64,000 nt of DNA from a virus: positions 30,156 through 94,155 of the IMG/VR virus record IMGVR_UViG_3300042561_000572. The stretch is one strand, 5' to 3'. A program made the translations under genes and the position numbers. Under the pieces are notes generated by a model that was not told the DNA's origin, did not search any database, and worked only from the letters and a program-made list of their open reading frames with translations. Positions 38,760 to 50,094 of this stretch are shown here, in pieces (position 1 is the first letter of the stretch; the number at the start of each line of letters is the position of its first letter).

Positions 38760-39266
38760 ATGAACTACATAGACACTAACATCTTTAACAATAACTCAAC
38801 AGAGTATGATTTTTATTTAACTAAACTACTTGGCAGTGCTAATATTAATCCTCTACAAAAACAAATAATAGAATACATATTAACGCCAACATATTATATT
38901 GATAATACTGTCTATTTTGATTATAGAGCTTCAATATTAAACTTACTTATAACTACTTCTTTAATCAATTATAAACAAGCTATAAGTACAGTATTACAAA
39001 TGAAAGAAGATGAAGATAATTACAAATTTAAAGACAATGTATTTAACAATCAATACTCTATATATGACATTATTTATCTCATATCCACTAATAATAAATG
39101 GGATATCTGCCCTTCTATTTTATTAAATATAGTGCCCTCCACTTATGATTTAAGCTTATTAATGTTTAATAAACAGGAAGTATTAAAACAATTAGACATA
39201 TATTTAAACACAAACATAGCAGATCAATTGTATGGCCTTTATCAAAGACAATACACATTAAAGTAG
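38760..39266 (+). CDS. hypothetical protein
   Basis: 168-aa ORF in tail operon. Confidence 0.6.
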   Translation: MNYIDTNIFNNNSTEYDFYLTKLLGSANINPLQKQIIEYILTPTYYIDNTVYFDYRASILNLLITTSLINYKQAISTVLQMKEDEDNYKFKDNVFNNQYSIYDIIYLISTNNKWDICPSILLNIVPSTYDLSLLMFNKQEVLKQLDIYLNTNIADQLYGLYQRQYTLK

Positions 39267-39273
39267 AAACAAT

Positions 39274-40305
39274 ATGTATCAAACAGTAAACATAATTCCA
39301 ACAAATATTACAGAATTAAATGAAGATCAAAGAGCAGTTGTATTAGATTTAGCTTTTACAATGAATACATCTTCTAATAACTTATATAGCTTATTAAATA
39401 TATTTAGTTCTTCTAGTACAACATTAGGTATATATAAACTTATATATAAACTAGAAGAAATACTTATAACACTCAATATTATTAATACAATTGATAGTAG
39501 TATTTATAATATTAGAGAACAATCAATAGGTTATAGTGAACTACTATCAATAGAACAACATTCAATTAGAATGTTTAACAATGAAAGAAGTTGGATAACA
39601 TCTTATGGTTCTTTAGGTTACTATCTATCATTTATAACAGCTAAAAATGCATCTTATTTAAGCCCTTCTGAACAAAGTTATTATTCAAACTTATGTCTAA
39701 TTAAGTTATATAAATCTTATAAAGACTTAGAACAATACATACAACAAGAAGATGAACTGTATGACAATATTATATATAACTATATATTAGAAGTAATAAA
39801 CAAAACACCTGAGATTGCTACTATTATTAGACATTTAAAAGTGTTATATAAGTATGATTTAAATATTTATGGAGCGCCTTATTTATTAACTAACTTTAAA
39901 GAATATCAGCATTTAGATATAGTATTTCAAACTTTACCTATTAACTATATGTATATGTTAACTGATGTATATAAAGCAATACAAACTAATGAATTAACAA
40001 TAGATGAAATACCTCTACAGGAGACAACAATAGATCCTATAAAAGCTATATATGATTATAATGAATCATTAATTGGTCCTGGTGGTATACATACTTTAAT
40101 TACATTATTAGCATCAACTTTAATAAGAAGAGCCCATTATTTATGTAATAAAGACTATGTTAATAGTGCAAGTAGAATAGAAGATCTAATAACAAAAGCT
40201 TCTTCTTTACTGCAATTTAGTACATTATCTACATTACAAAATATAGGGCAACAAATAGATCAAATAACAACACAAACTCTACAAACATATGCCAATAAAC
40301 TTTAA
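39274..40305 (+). CDS. hypothetical helical protein
   Basis: 343-aa ORF overlapping next gene. Confidence 0.6.
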   Translation: MYQTVNIIPTNITELNEDQRAVVLDLAFTMNTSSNNLYSLLNIFSSSSTTLGIYKLIYKLEEILITLNIINTIDSSIYNIREQSIGYSELLSIEQHSIRMFNNERSWITSYGSLGYYLSFITAKNASYLSPSEQSYYSNLCLIKLYKSYKDLEQYIQQEDELYDNIIYNYILEVINKTPEIATIIRHLKVLYKYDLNIYGAPYLLTNFKEYQHLDIVFQTLPINYMYMLTDVYKAIQTNELTIDEIPLQETTIDPIKAIYDYNESLIGPGGIHTLITLLASTLIRRAHYLCNKDYVNSASRIEDLITKASSLLQFSTLSTLQNIGQQIDQITTQTLQTYANKL

Positions 40306-43300
40306 TGATCTAGATAAAGTAACCTTTGATGGAACTGTTTACAATGAAGTAACAAAAACATCTGATAATACCTTAGCTATTACACAAGATAATAGTAATG
40401 TAACTTATGATAATTTCTTATTACATTCATCTAAAGAATGGTTATCTACATTAGAAACCAATGCAACTGAGCTTATAAAAAGTGTTAAAGACACCACTGC
40501 TAAGATAAAAGGAGATAATAAAGTACTAGAAGCAGTTAAGAAAGCAGCACCTGATGGACAACCTTATAAAGATATAGAGCAAAAGTTATCAGAAGGAGTT
40601 AATAACTTAACATCTAATGTTGCTGCAATGGTAGACATTACTAAATATGGAGGAGCTATTAACTTTATAAGTAGCACTGCTGTTAATACAGTAACAGGTG
40701 CTATAAATACAACTGCTGATATGGGTTATTCCCTTAGCAGTCCCTCTATAACAACTACAAGTAATGTTAATGTTACAAATGCAGCCACTAATATAAATTA
40801 TAGTGACACTATATTTAATAAGACTGATAGAGATATAACAGTAACAAATCAACAACTAACATCTGCTAGTGATAAACATTCAGTAATTACTAATACTACT
40901 TCTACAACATCAACTGATAACAAAACATCAGCAGTTAACAGCATTGAAAGTATAACAAGTAATCATAATCAATATAGTAAAACATTAATAAATCTAGCAA
41001 GTGAAAGTATAACAATTGCTTCAAAAGGTAGTACAGACATAAACTCTAATACTGTTACTATATCTTCTGGTCAAAGCCCAAAACAAGGGGCATCCCAAGC
41101 ATCAACTGATATAACAGAAGCAGCTTTAGGAACAAGTGGTAGTATAAAGATACTATCAACTGGAAGTGTTGATTTACAAGCTACAGGTATAATAGCAACA
41201 CAAGGAAATACAGTTGCTACTAATGCAAGTAAGATTGGATTTGCATCTACTGACTTTGCTTCTAATTCCTCTACAACTACTATATCTAGTAAAATTCAAT
41301 CATCTGTTATTAGTGAAGGTATTACATATACTGGCAATAGAAACATGGGTATATCTATTAATCCTTTTGGCATGTTAGTTGGTAGCGGTGTAGCTCCTTT
41401 TATACCTCTTTTAACTGAAGTATTACCACCAATTATAGTAGATGTGCCAGAGTTACCAGAATTTCCATTTGGTAGCTTAACTGACTTTCTATCAAAATGT
41501 TTACCTTTTACAAGTGCTATAGATTTAAGTAGTATAACTACAAACCCAACTGGATCAGTTATTAATGATGAAAATAGTCCAACAGAGATAATAGATACTG
41601 ACCCAACAACACCTACTACATCAGGAGTAGATCTACTTCCATTAGATACATCCTTTGACCCTACAGCTCAAAGTAGAGGCAATATAGAACAACCTATTGA
41701 CCTATCTAAACAACCAGAGAATAATGTTAATGAACCCTCTAATATAACAGGAATAGCATCACAACAGACAATAAGAGAAGTAGATAAAACACCAACTCAA
41801 AATACAAGTGGTATAGAAAAACCACCACTTACTCCTAAATCAGCAGTAACAATTGCAGCAGCATTAGGTATAGCACATAATGTATATTTGGATAGACCTG
41901 AAGATAAGTTAAACAATAAAACAACACCTACATTATCTGCATCTAATATAACTTCAATAACACCACAACTAACACTTACAGAATCATTAAAGAGTCTAAC
42001 ATCAATACAAAAACCTGAACTTATTAACTCCTTTACACAAGCTAATAGAGATCTAATATCAACTAACTATACAGAGTTCTTAAAAGCAATTGCAACTATA
42101 GATGTATTTGGTTCTGAAGTATCACCTAACTATTCTAAAGTTATTAATGATTTCTTATCTAATAAACAGTTAGTACAAGAGATAAAAACATTCTTAAACA
42201 CTAAAAGACCTATTGGAGTAGGAGGACAACAACCTCCAAATATACAAAATTATAATACATCTTTAAATGTAGAAAGTCCTAGTATAGGAATAATAAATAC
42301 ACCTCCTGTAATAGGACAAGCTTTAATAGATTTAGTAACTTATAATGCACAACAAAGTCAAACATCACTATCAACATTTAATGCTACAACTAGTAACTGG
42401 TTCAATCCTGAAGACATAATAGAGTTTCAACAATCAGATATAAAGTTTGGAGAAGACCTACTTAACAATTCAAACTTAGGTTCTATATCCAGTCTATTAA
42501 ATAATAAATATATAGATATTGCAAAAGGATTTATACCAGATAGTAAACTACAATCAGCCCTTTCATTAACACAAGATATAGCTGCTGGTAAAATAACATC
42601 ACCTCAACAATATGCTATTAAATTAGCAGAGTTAGTAGGAGGAGATGTTAGTGGTTATATATCATATGCTGAGCAAGCTTTTACCCTATATGAGCAAGTA
42701 CAAGCTGGCAATTATACTTCATTATTAAATATACTTGGAGTTAGTAATGTGTTGGGTTCTAAAGGCACAGCAATAGCATCTAAAGTGTTAGGATTAGTTA
42801 GTAAAAAGAATATAACTGATAAAGATATATATGATGTTGCAGGTTCAATATTTACAGCTTTAACTGGTATAGGAATACCTCTATTAGATGAGTTAGCTAA
42901 ATTACTTGGATGTATTGATTCAATAAAAGAACAACAGCCTTTCTTACAATCAATTAGTAATCCAGACTTACAAGATATAATTGATTATTTACCAAGAATA
43001 ATACAAACAACAGATTCTACAAATAGAAAAGTATTAAACATAACACCAAATAACTGTGGTCAAATATCAGAATTAACAGCAGAAGAAGCAACTATAAATG
43101 TAACTGAAGTTGGCCCTTCTTATATTAAATTTAAACTTGATGATAAAGATTTAATACAGTATAATAATAAACCTTTACCCACTACTGGAACATCAGTGAA
43201 TGTATATACTGAATTCTATACAGATAGAGTAACTAATAAAGTATTAACCCCTTATAAGCAAGGATCTCAATTCACATCTAATGTAATTGAATATAAGATT

Positions 43301-43459
43301 ACAAACAATACAAGTAATATATATACAGCTATTCTTATTAACAATTCAACTATATTAACCTTAGAAGATAATATAAGTGGTTCTTTATATGCTTATACAA
43401 GTGCTGATATTGGTAATAGATTAGCTCCTTATATTCTTGATTCATATATATTATTATAA
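40289..43459 (+). CDS. putative spike/needle protein with beta-helix-like Thr/Ser/Asn repeats
   Basis: Short beta-strand periodicity (INLASESITIASKGSTDINSNTVTISS, IKILSTGSVDLQATG) like the gp5 C-terminus. Confidence 0.5.
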   Translation: MPINFNDLDKVTFDGTVYNEVTKTSDNTLAITQDNSNVTYDNFLLHSSKEWLSTLETNATELIKSVKDTTAKIKGDNKVLEAVKKAAPDGQPYKDIEQKLSEGVNNLTSNVAAMVDITKYGGAINFISSTAVNTVTGAINTTADMGYSLSSPSITTTSNVNVTNAATNINYSDTIFNKTDRDITVTNQQLTSASDKHSVITNTTSTTSTDNKTSAVNSIESITSNHNQYSKTLINLASESITIASKGSTDINSNTVTISSGQSPKQGASQASTDITEAALGTSGSIKILSTGSVDLQATGIIATQGNTVATNASKIGFASTDFASNSSTTTISSKIQSSVISEGITYTGNRNMGISINPFGMLVGSGVAPFIPLLTEVLPPIIVDVPELPEFPFGSLTDFLSKCLPFTSAIDLSSITTNPTGSVINDENSPTEIIDTDPTTPTTSGVDLLPLDTSFDPTAQSRGNIEQPIDLSKQPENNVNEPSNITGIASQQTIREVDKTPTQNTSGIEKPPLTPKSAVTIAAALGIAHNVYLDRPEDKLNNKTTPTLSASNITSITPQLTLTESLKSLTSIQKPELINSFTQANRDLISTNYTEFLKAIATIDVFGSEVSPNYSKVINDFLSNKQLVQEIKTFLNTKRPIGVGGQQPPNIQNYNTSLNVESPSIGIINTPPVIGQALIDLVTYNAQQSQTSLSTFNATTSNWFNPEDIIEFQQSDIKFGEDLLNNSNLGSISSLLNNKYIDIAKGFIPDSKLQSALSLTQDIAAGKITSPQQYAIKLAELVGGDVSGYISYAEQAFTLYEQVQAGNYTSLLNILGVSNVLGSKGTAIASKVLGLVSKKNITDKDIYDVAGSIFTALTGIGIPLLDELAKLLGCIDSIKEQQPFLQSISNPDLQDIIDYLPRIIQTTDSTNRKVLNITPNNCGQISELTAEEATINVTEVGPSYIKFKLDDKDLIQYNNKPLPTTGTSVNVYTEFYTDRVTNKVLTPYKQGSQFTSNVIEYKITNNTSNIYTAILINNSTILTLEDNISGSLYAYTSADIGNRLAPYILDSYILL

Positions 43460-43467
43460 CTACTATC

Positions 43468-43821
43468 ATGTTTATACCAGCAACACAATACATAACTAAT
43501 GGATTTGCAATATATTTAACTAATATAAAAAATGCAGATATAGTAAATATAAAACTATATTATTCATCCATCAACCCTTTATTAGAGTGGATTAAATGTG
43601 CCAATAATAAGCTTTTATACGATGAAGACTTAAAAGTATTTAACTCTGATCCTAGAATAATAACTATAAACACAACCCTTATAAAAGGATATTATCAGCT
43701 AGATATATCCTACAAAAAAGGTTTATATGTTACAGATAATGAATCAATAGTAATAGGCATAACAAAGGGAGAAAAGAGTATACATATTAATTTTCCTCAG
43801 TCAGCTTATAAGTTATTATAA
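43468..43821 (+). CDS. hypothetical protein
   Basis: 117-aa ORF in baseplate cluster. Confidence 0.55.
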   Translation: MFIPATQYITNGFAIYLTNIKNADIVNIKLYYSSINPLLEWIKCANNKLLYDEDLKVFNSDPRIITINTTLIKGYYQLDISYKKGLYVTDNESIVIGITKGEKSIHINFPQSAYKLL

Positions 43822-43833
43822 GGATAAATAATT

Positions 43834-44193
43834 ATGTATGATTTAAAAGGAAGTAATGATTTAATAATAGATTCTACAGGTGATTTAATACTTGAAACTA
43901 CACCTGCATCTTTATTTAAAAAGGCAGTAATAACTCCAAAGGGTTATTTAAATTATGAATATGCTATAGATCAATTTATAGATACTAATTATGGTAATGA
44001 TGTTTATTTTAAGATAGGAGAAAACTTAAATAATTCAATATTAAGTGATTTAACACAAGATGTAAAAGAAGCTGTATCTTATGTAAATATACCCACTACA
44101 GGCATTGAAGCTTCTATAAGTTCTTTATTACAAATTAACTATCTAATAAAATACCAAGAAGATACAACACAGGAGATAATAATAAATGTCTAG
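43834..44193 (+). CDS. baseplate wedge/sheath initiator (gp25/gpW-like)
   Basis: DLIIDSTGDL, TPKG and NYGN; precedes baseplate J. Confidence 0.65.
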   Translation: MYDLKGSNDLIIDSTGDLILETTPASLFKKAVITPKGYLNYEYAIDQFIDTNYGNDVYFKIGENLNNSILSDLTQDVKEAVSYVNIPTTGIEASISSLLQINYLIKYQEDTTQEIIINV

Positions 44194-45247
44194 AACTTTA
44201 GAACAAATAATACAAGACATTCAACTTCAGTTTACAGACACTGTTCTAGAAAATGCTGCTAATAATAAAGGTAATTTATATGCCCTTATAAGAGGATTTG
44301 CTATTACATGTTATAACCAAGAACAAATAGTATTAGATATAGTTAACAATTCACAGTTAAATACTGCAATTGGTACAGCATTAGATTTATATGGAGCCAA
44401 CTATAACTTAATAAGAAGGTTAGGAACAAGTGCATTTGGTAATGCTTTAGTTAAAAGTAATACACCTATAACTATACCTATTAACACACTATTACAAACA
44501 AGAGATGGACTATTAACATTTCAAACCACTAAGTCTATAAATATACCAGCTAATAAAGAAGTAACTGCATCTATCATATCAATATCAAAGACTTTTAATG
44601 CTAATTTAGATAGTGGTACTCAATTAATAAGTTCTTCTTTACCAAATTTATCAATACAAGTAGGAACCTTTAGAGATACTAATAATAAGATTATAGGATC
44701 ATTATCTGGAGGATCTTCAAGTGAATCAGATAACAACTTTAGAACTAGAATATCTACTTATATAAATAACAAAGGATTAGTAACATTAGAAGCTATAAAA
44801 GCAAAAGTTCAAAACTATGTAAGTGATGTTTACTTTGTAGAAGGTAGGCCTGCTGCTGGTTATACTACTATGTATATAAACACATCAGATCAATTAACTG
44901 TTGACTTATTAACTAATGATTTACAAGCTATAAAACCTTTTGGCACTTTATTTATTATAAAATCAATTCAATATCAACAAGTAGATATAAACATAGATGT
45001 AATTATTAATTCTAATGTAATAGATTCAATAACAACTATTAACTCTAATATTAAACAAGGAGTAAATGAATTCTTTTCTAATTTATCAGTTGGTGAAACA
45101 TTAAGTATTAGTGGTTTATCATCATATATAACTTCATATACTGGTTATAGTATTAGTATTACAAAGCCAACAAATGATTTAACTCCACTTATAAGTGAAT
45201 ACTTATTAAGTCCTAATGAGGTAACAATAAATGTTAAATCAAAGTAA
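44186..45247 (+). CDS. baseplate J-like wedge protein
   Basis: TAIGTALDLYG...LIRR, GGSSSESDNNFRTRI and FFSNLSVGETL. Confidence 0.88.
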   Translation: MSRTLEQIIQDIQLQFTDTVLENAANNKGNLYALIRGFAITCYNQEQIVLDIVNNSQLNTAIGTALDLYGANYNLIRRLGTSAFGNALVKSNTPITIPINTLLQTRDGLLTFQTTKSINIPANKEVTASIISISKTFNANLDSGTQLISSSLPNLSIQVGTFRDTNNKIIGSLSGGSSSESDNNFRTRISTYINNKGLVTLEAIKAKVQNYVSDVYFVEGRPAAGYTTMYINTSDQLTVDLLTNDLQAIKPFGTLFIIKSIQYQQVDINIDVIINSNVIDSITTINSNIKQGVNEFFSNLSVGETLSISGLSSYITSYTGYSISITKPTNDLTPLISEYLLSPNEVTINVKSK

Positions 45248-47387
45248 TTATAACTTTAATAAAGTACTAACTTATCTAGATCAAGGAGGTAATAATATAT
45301 GGTGGTCAAGTAATAACACATTTAAAACTATTCCTAGTACTGAGTTAATTATAACTGGACAAGGAATAGATTCAGAATGTATAGAAGAAGATTGTATCCC
45401 TATATGTTCTGAGATAGTTGAATCAGAACAAGGAATAATAGAACAACTAACAAGACCTCAACATTTAATATATCCAACATTTATAATTGAACCTAACATA
45501 TTAACAATAGAACTTAATAACTTACAACTAATTAATCAGCCTAATTCCATTGAAGATAATTGTGTTGATTCTTCTTGTACAGAAGAATATGGTATATGGA
45601 CCAAAGCTATAAAAACTAGAATAAAAACAATCATAGAAGATAAGACTTATTACTTTATTAAAGCTAATATAGATAACTATAAGTTTGGGTATATCTATAC
45701 TATATCTTTAATTCATGAAGCTACTGGTGAAGAAATTGTAATTATAAAAGATAAAGGATTATTAAATTCAACAATAATTGAAAATATAAGTGTTCCAAAT
45801 GAATTTAATGTATGTATATCTATAACAAAATTCAATATAGAAGAAGTTATAACAACTTATAGATTTATTAATAACCCTTTATATCTAAGATCTAATTGGT
45901 TAATTAATACTCCTTGGCAACCAACTTATAACAATGTAGAAGAAGTTTTATTATCAATAATATACTTATTAAATACTAATTTAGAGATAGAAGTAATAAA
46001 TCAATTAGTATTATATAAAGATAATCCTCAACAAATATTAATAGAAACATTATTAAAATCAATAACAAGTATTACATCTGATAATTCAAATCTATATTCT
46101 TATATAAAAAATGTAACAACACCTTCTGAATATAACAAATTAGCAACAACAAATACTTTACTTTCTATTGAAGATATAAGTATTAATCCTGCTATATATT
46201 CAACTACACCTTATATTAAATATGATTCTAATAATATTATTTTATTTTTATTATTAATATGTATAAGTATATCTAACAATACATCTTTACAACAAACTTA
46301 TATTGATTTATGTATTGATTTAGAGACTAATACCTTAAAAGAAGATGTATTAAAGTTAATTAGTTTTATAGAGGCTTATAAACAAACTAAAGACATATAT
46401 CATTTATCAATTGCAACTTCTACTTTAAATCAAATAAATAAAAGGTATAAATTAGAAGATAATTCTTATATAGAGTCTCTTGATAATCCAATAAATACAG
46501 TAGAATCAAAAGTATATGGAGATTTATTAGACTATTATGTTTATAACAATCCCTCTTCTATAGTTGACTATACTATAGAACAAATAACTTATATAACAGA
46601 TATAAATAACAACTTATACTTATTAAACAGCCCTCTTAATATAACAAATGATCCTCTTTATTTACTAATATTAAAACTAATAGGTATAAATTTAAATACA
46701 AATTTACTTTCTAATAACAAACTTATAACTGATGTTTTAAATATACAAAATACTACTTATTTAACTTCTAATGTACTTACAAACATTGATTTAATTAGTG
46801 AGGAAATACTATTAACTTATAAGAATACTATACCTTGTAATTTTGAATGGTTATCAGATACAACTCCAATACAAGATTTAATAATAAGTTGTATTATTAA
46901 ACCATTAATAGATCTACAATTACACATAAACTATCAAAAAGAAGAACCTATTATAAAAGAAGCACTTACTAGAGATTACATATCCTCTTTTATATCTAAT
47001 AAAAAAGAATTATTATTAGACACATTTGAATTAAATAATACTCAAATTAGAAATAGTTTATGGCCTGGTAAATACTCTAATTCAATAGATTTAGAGATTA
47101 ATGGTTATTATACAAATGAAATTTTAAATGAAGTTAATAATATAAAATCACTCGGAATTAAAACTAATTTAATTAGTTCAATTAGTTTACCAACAGAGTC
47201 TAATTTTAATGTATGTATTAATATAATTCCCTTTGAAGATAGCGGTTGTCAAGTTAATAATAAAGATCAATTAGTATTATTACCTGATGGTCAATGTGAT
47301 TTAAGCCTTCCAGATTCTATATTATTACAAGAAGATAGTTATCCAATAACACAAGAATCCTCAACAACAGATTATATATTTATTTAA
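45231..47387 (+). CDS. putative baseplate wedge protein (gpI/gp7 position)
   Basis: Overlaps baseplate J; C-terminal EVNNIKSLGIK resembles wedge-protein ends. Confidence 0.45.
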   Translation: MLNQSNYNFNKVLTYLDQGGNNIWWSSNNTFKTIPSTELIITGQGIDSECIEEDCIPICSEIVESEQGIIEQLTRPQHLIYPTFIIEPNILTIELNNLQLINQPNSIEDNCVDSSCTEEYGIWTKAIKTRIKTIIEDKTYYFIKANIDNYKFGYIYTISLIHEATGEEIVIIKDKGLLNSTIIENISVPNEFNVCISITKFNIEEVITTYRFINNPLYLRSNWLINTPWQPTYNNVEEVLLSIIYLLNTNLEIEVINQLVLYKDNPQQILIETLLKSITSITSDNSNLYSYIKNVTTPSEYNKLATTNTLLSIEDISINPAIYSTTPYIKYDSNNIILFLLLICISISNNTSLQQTYIDLCIDLETNTLKEDVLKLISFIEAYKQTKDIYHLSIATSTLNQINKRYKLEDNSYIESLDNPINTVESKVYGDLLDYYVYNNPSSIVDYTIEQITYITDINNNLYLLNSPLNITNDPLYLLILKLIGINLNTNLLSNNKLITDVLNIQNTTYLTSNVLTNIDLISEEILLTYKNTIPCNFEWLSDTTPIQDLIISCIIKPLIDLQLHINYQKEEPIIKEALTRDYISSFISNKKELLLDTFELNNTQIRNSLWPGKYSNSIDLEINGYYTNEILNEVNNIKSLGIKTNLISSISLPTESNFNVCINIIPFEDSGCQVNNKDQLVLLPDGQCDLSLPDSILLQEDSYPITQESSTTDYIFI

Positions 47388-47396
47388 TAAAAATAC

Positions 47397-49046
47397 ATGA
47401 CACAAATAACAATTCCACAATTACCCTTATCAACTGTTATACCCCTTAACAGTTTAATTCCTTTTGAAAATATACAGAATAATGAAACACAAGCTACAAC
47501 ATTAAGTACTATTTTATCTAATGTTGTACCATCAACTAAACTATATTTAAATAATGTTTTAAGTGGTACTTATCCTGCTTTAAATTTTGTATCAGGTAGT
47601 AATATATCTTTTACTGAATCTTCTACTAATAACTATAAAACAATAACTATTAATAGTACAATTCCTAATCCTTTAACAGTTACTAATGTAGGAGGAGGTA
47701 CAGGTTTATATAAGAATTTTACATCTACTTATAACTTTAAAACATTAGTAGCGGGATCTAATGTAAGTATTTCTCCTAATACAGACACAGTAACTATTAG
47801 TGTTAATAATATTGGAGAGATTAATACTGCTAGTAATAGTGGAGCAGGAATAGGTTTATTTAAAGATAAAACAGGAGCTAATTTAAACTTTAAATCTATA
47901 ATTGCTGGTAATAATATATCTTTTGATACTAGTAATGCAAATCAAATTGTAATTAATAGTACAGGTGGTTCTTCTAATTCAACTGGACAAAATATAGGAG
48001 CAGGAGTAGGAAGGGTATATGTTAGTAATTTAGCTTCAGTTCTTAGATTTAAATCTATAAAAGCTGGGAATAATATACAAATTATAGATGGAGCTTCTGA
48101 GATTATTATTAGTGCTACTCCTCTTACTAATACTGAAGGAGGGGGACTACCAAACAGTGAAAATGGAGGTACTAATCCCCCATTAATAGGTAATAGTAAT
48201 TTAATTAATTTATCAGGGCAGTTAAAATCAATAATAGCAGGTGATGGATTAATATTTGCAGACTCTACAGAAGATTCATTAACACTAGCAACTAATGTTA
48301 CTAATGGGATGGCAAATGTTGGAGCTGGAATAGAATTATATAAAGGATTTAATTCAGAACTTGATAGATATGAATTAAAAACTATAAAGGGTTTAGATGG
48401 GTTAATAATTGAAGATTTAAATGATAATGAAATTGTAATTAGAGGTAATTCTACTGCATCTATAGATTCTACAAATGAAATTAATAGTCTAATATCAAAT
48501 CAAGTAGAATCTTTAACTACTTTAAAAGTAATAAACACATCAGACTCAGATGTAGCAAGTATTACAGATACTACAGACAGTTTAACATTAAATATTTTAA
48601 ATAATAACAATCAATGGAATGCAAACAAGATTAATAATGTTCCTATTACAAATAATGTTATTCCTAATGAAGAATCAACTTTAGTATATAGAAGTGGTTC
48701 TTATGTAACAGGAACTCCAACAAATTTAAATTTAAAGTATTTAACAGAACAAACATTTGGACAACTAATACCTTTAAATAATCAAGTATTAAAAGTATCA
48801 GGAAACAATCAATGGACTTTAGCAGTGCCAGCAGATCATAATACTTATCATGTAAACTTTCTTGGATTTTATTTAAATTCTAGAGTATATACATCTGGCA
48901 GTGTAATTGACGGTCTTACAGGATTAGTAGCAGGAACCTTATACTATTTAAACTCATCTTCTACTTATAGTACAACTTCTAGTGCATTAGCATTAGGTAT
49001 TGCTTTAAACACCACAACATTATGGTTTAAACCTTATGCACATTAA
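47397..49046 (+). CDS. tail fibre-like repeat protein
   Basis: About five repeats of NxGxGxGL/V...FKS/TIxAGxNI/V. Confidence 0.65.
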   Translation: MTQITIPQLPLSTVIPLNSLIPFENIQNNETQATTLSTILSNVVPSTKLYLNNVLSGTYPALNFVSGSNISFTESSTNNYKTITINSTIPNPLTVTNVGGGTGLYKNFTSTYNFKTLVAGSNVSISPNTDTVTISVNNIGEINTASNSGAGIGLFKDKTGANLNFKSIIAGNNISFDTSNANQIVINSTGGSSNSTGQNIGAGVGRVYVSNLASVLRFKSIKAGNNIQIIDGASEIIISATPLTNTEGGGLPNSENGGTNPPLIGNSNLINLSGQLKSIIAGDGLIFADSTEDSLTLATNVTNGMANVGAGIELYKGFNSELDRYELKTIKGLDGLIIEDLNDNEIVIRGNSTASIDSTNEINSLISNQVESLTTLKVINTSDSDVASITDTTDSLTLNILNNNNQWNANKINNVPITNNVIPNEESTLVYRSGSYVTGTPTNLNLKYLTEQTFGQLIPLNNQVLKVSGNNQWTLAVPADHNTYHVNFLGFYLNSRVYTSGSVIDGLTGLVAGTLYYLNSSSTYSTTSSALALGIALNTTTLWFKPYAH

Positions 49047-50094
49047 TACACTTGTAATAATTGGAGGAGGACCAAGAGGATTAGCATGTGCAATACAAAG
49101 TATAGATAAATTTAAACAGATTTATATTATAGACAATGAACCAACATCTTCTTGGAACTCCTTATCTACTGTTTCTAACTTTGAACTTAGATCTCCTATA
49201 TCATTTGATTTAGTTACATATTCTTCTAATTATAGAGATTATTCTTTAAGTAATTATTTATTAGAAAAAGATATTATATTTAACAATCAAAAAGAAATAG
49301 AAGAAGATCCTAGAAGATTAAATAGAGTTGATTTCTTTAATTATTTAACCTTTGTAAAAGATAAATTAGATAAAAATAACAATATAAATTTTATTTATAC
49401 TAAAGCATTAAATGTTTATAATAATTATGTTGAAACATCTAATGGAAAGATATCTTTTGATTATTTAATACTTGCACAAGGAGTAGAAGAAAAACAAATT
49501 CCAGCTAACTTATTAAAATATAAACAAGTTAATAATATAGATATATTAAATAAAGAATATAAATCTATATTAGTTATTGGTAGTGGTCAAGGAGCATATG
49601 ATACAGCGTCCTATTTATATAATAAAGGAGTAAATGTAGGTATATATATAACCAAAGAACCAAAGATAGATCAATATCCAGCACCATCTTACTCTATATG
49701 GAAAGAAAGATCTGCTTTAGGTAGTTATTGTTCTATATTACCTATTAACTCTAAAAAAAGATACATTACTAATGTAAAACAATGGGCCCCTTCTATAACA
49801 CCAAACAATGAATACTTATTAAGTGCAATACCTATTTATATTAGTACTGATAATAATATAGATGATGTAATTAAAAGATATAATAATATATTCATATCTA
49901 AGATTGGTGTTAAACCTTTAAACATATTAAACATAAAACAAGAAGACATAACAAATAACTTTAGAGTATTAAATACTAATATATTTATAACAGGTCCTTT
50001 AACAACTTTATATGATGGACCAAGAGTTAATTCAATAATATCAAGTAGTTCAACTGCAATAAAAATAATAGAGGAAATAGATGCAAGTATTTAA
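49036..50094 (+). CDS. FAD/NAD(P)-dependent monooxygenase (IucD/PvdA/SidA-like)
   Basis: LVIIGGGPRG, ELRSP, LILAQG, ILVIGSGQGAYD and IFITGPL. Confidence 0.8.
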   Translation: MHINTLVIIGGGPRGLACAIQSIDKFKQIYIIDNEPTSSWNSLSTVSNFELRSPISFDLVTYSSNYRDYSLSNYLLEKDIIFNNQKEIEEDPRRLNRVDFFNYLTFVKDKLDKNNNINFIYTKALNVYNNYVETSNGKISFDYLILAQGVEEKQIPANLLKYKQVNNIDILNKEYKSILVIGSGQGAYDTASYLYNKGVNVGIYITKEPKIDQYPAPSYSIWKERSALGSYCSILPINSKKRYITNVKQWAPSITPNNEYLLSAIPIYISTDNNIDDVIKRYNNIFISKIGVKPLNILNIKQEDITNNFRVLNTNIFITGPLTTLYDGPRVNSIISSSSTAIKIIEEIDASI

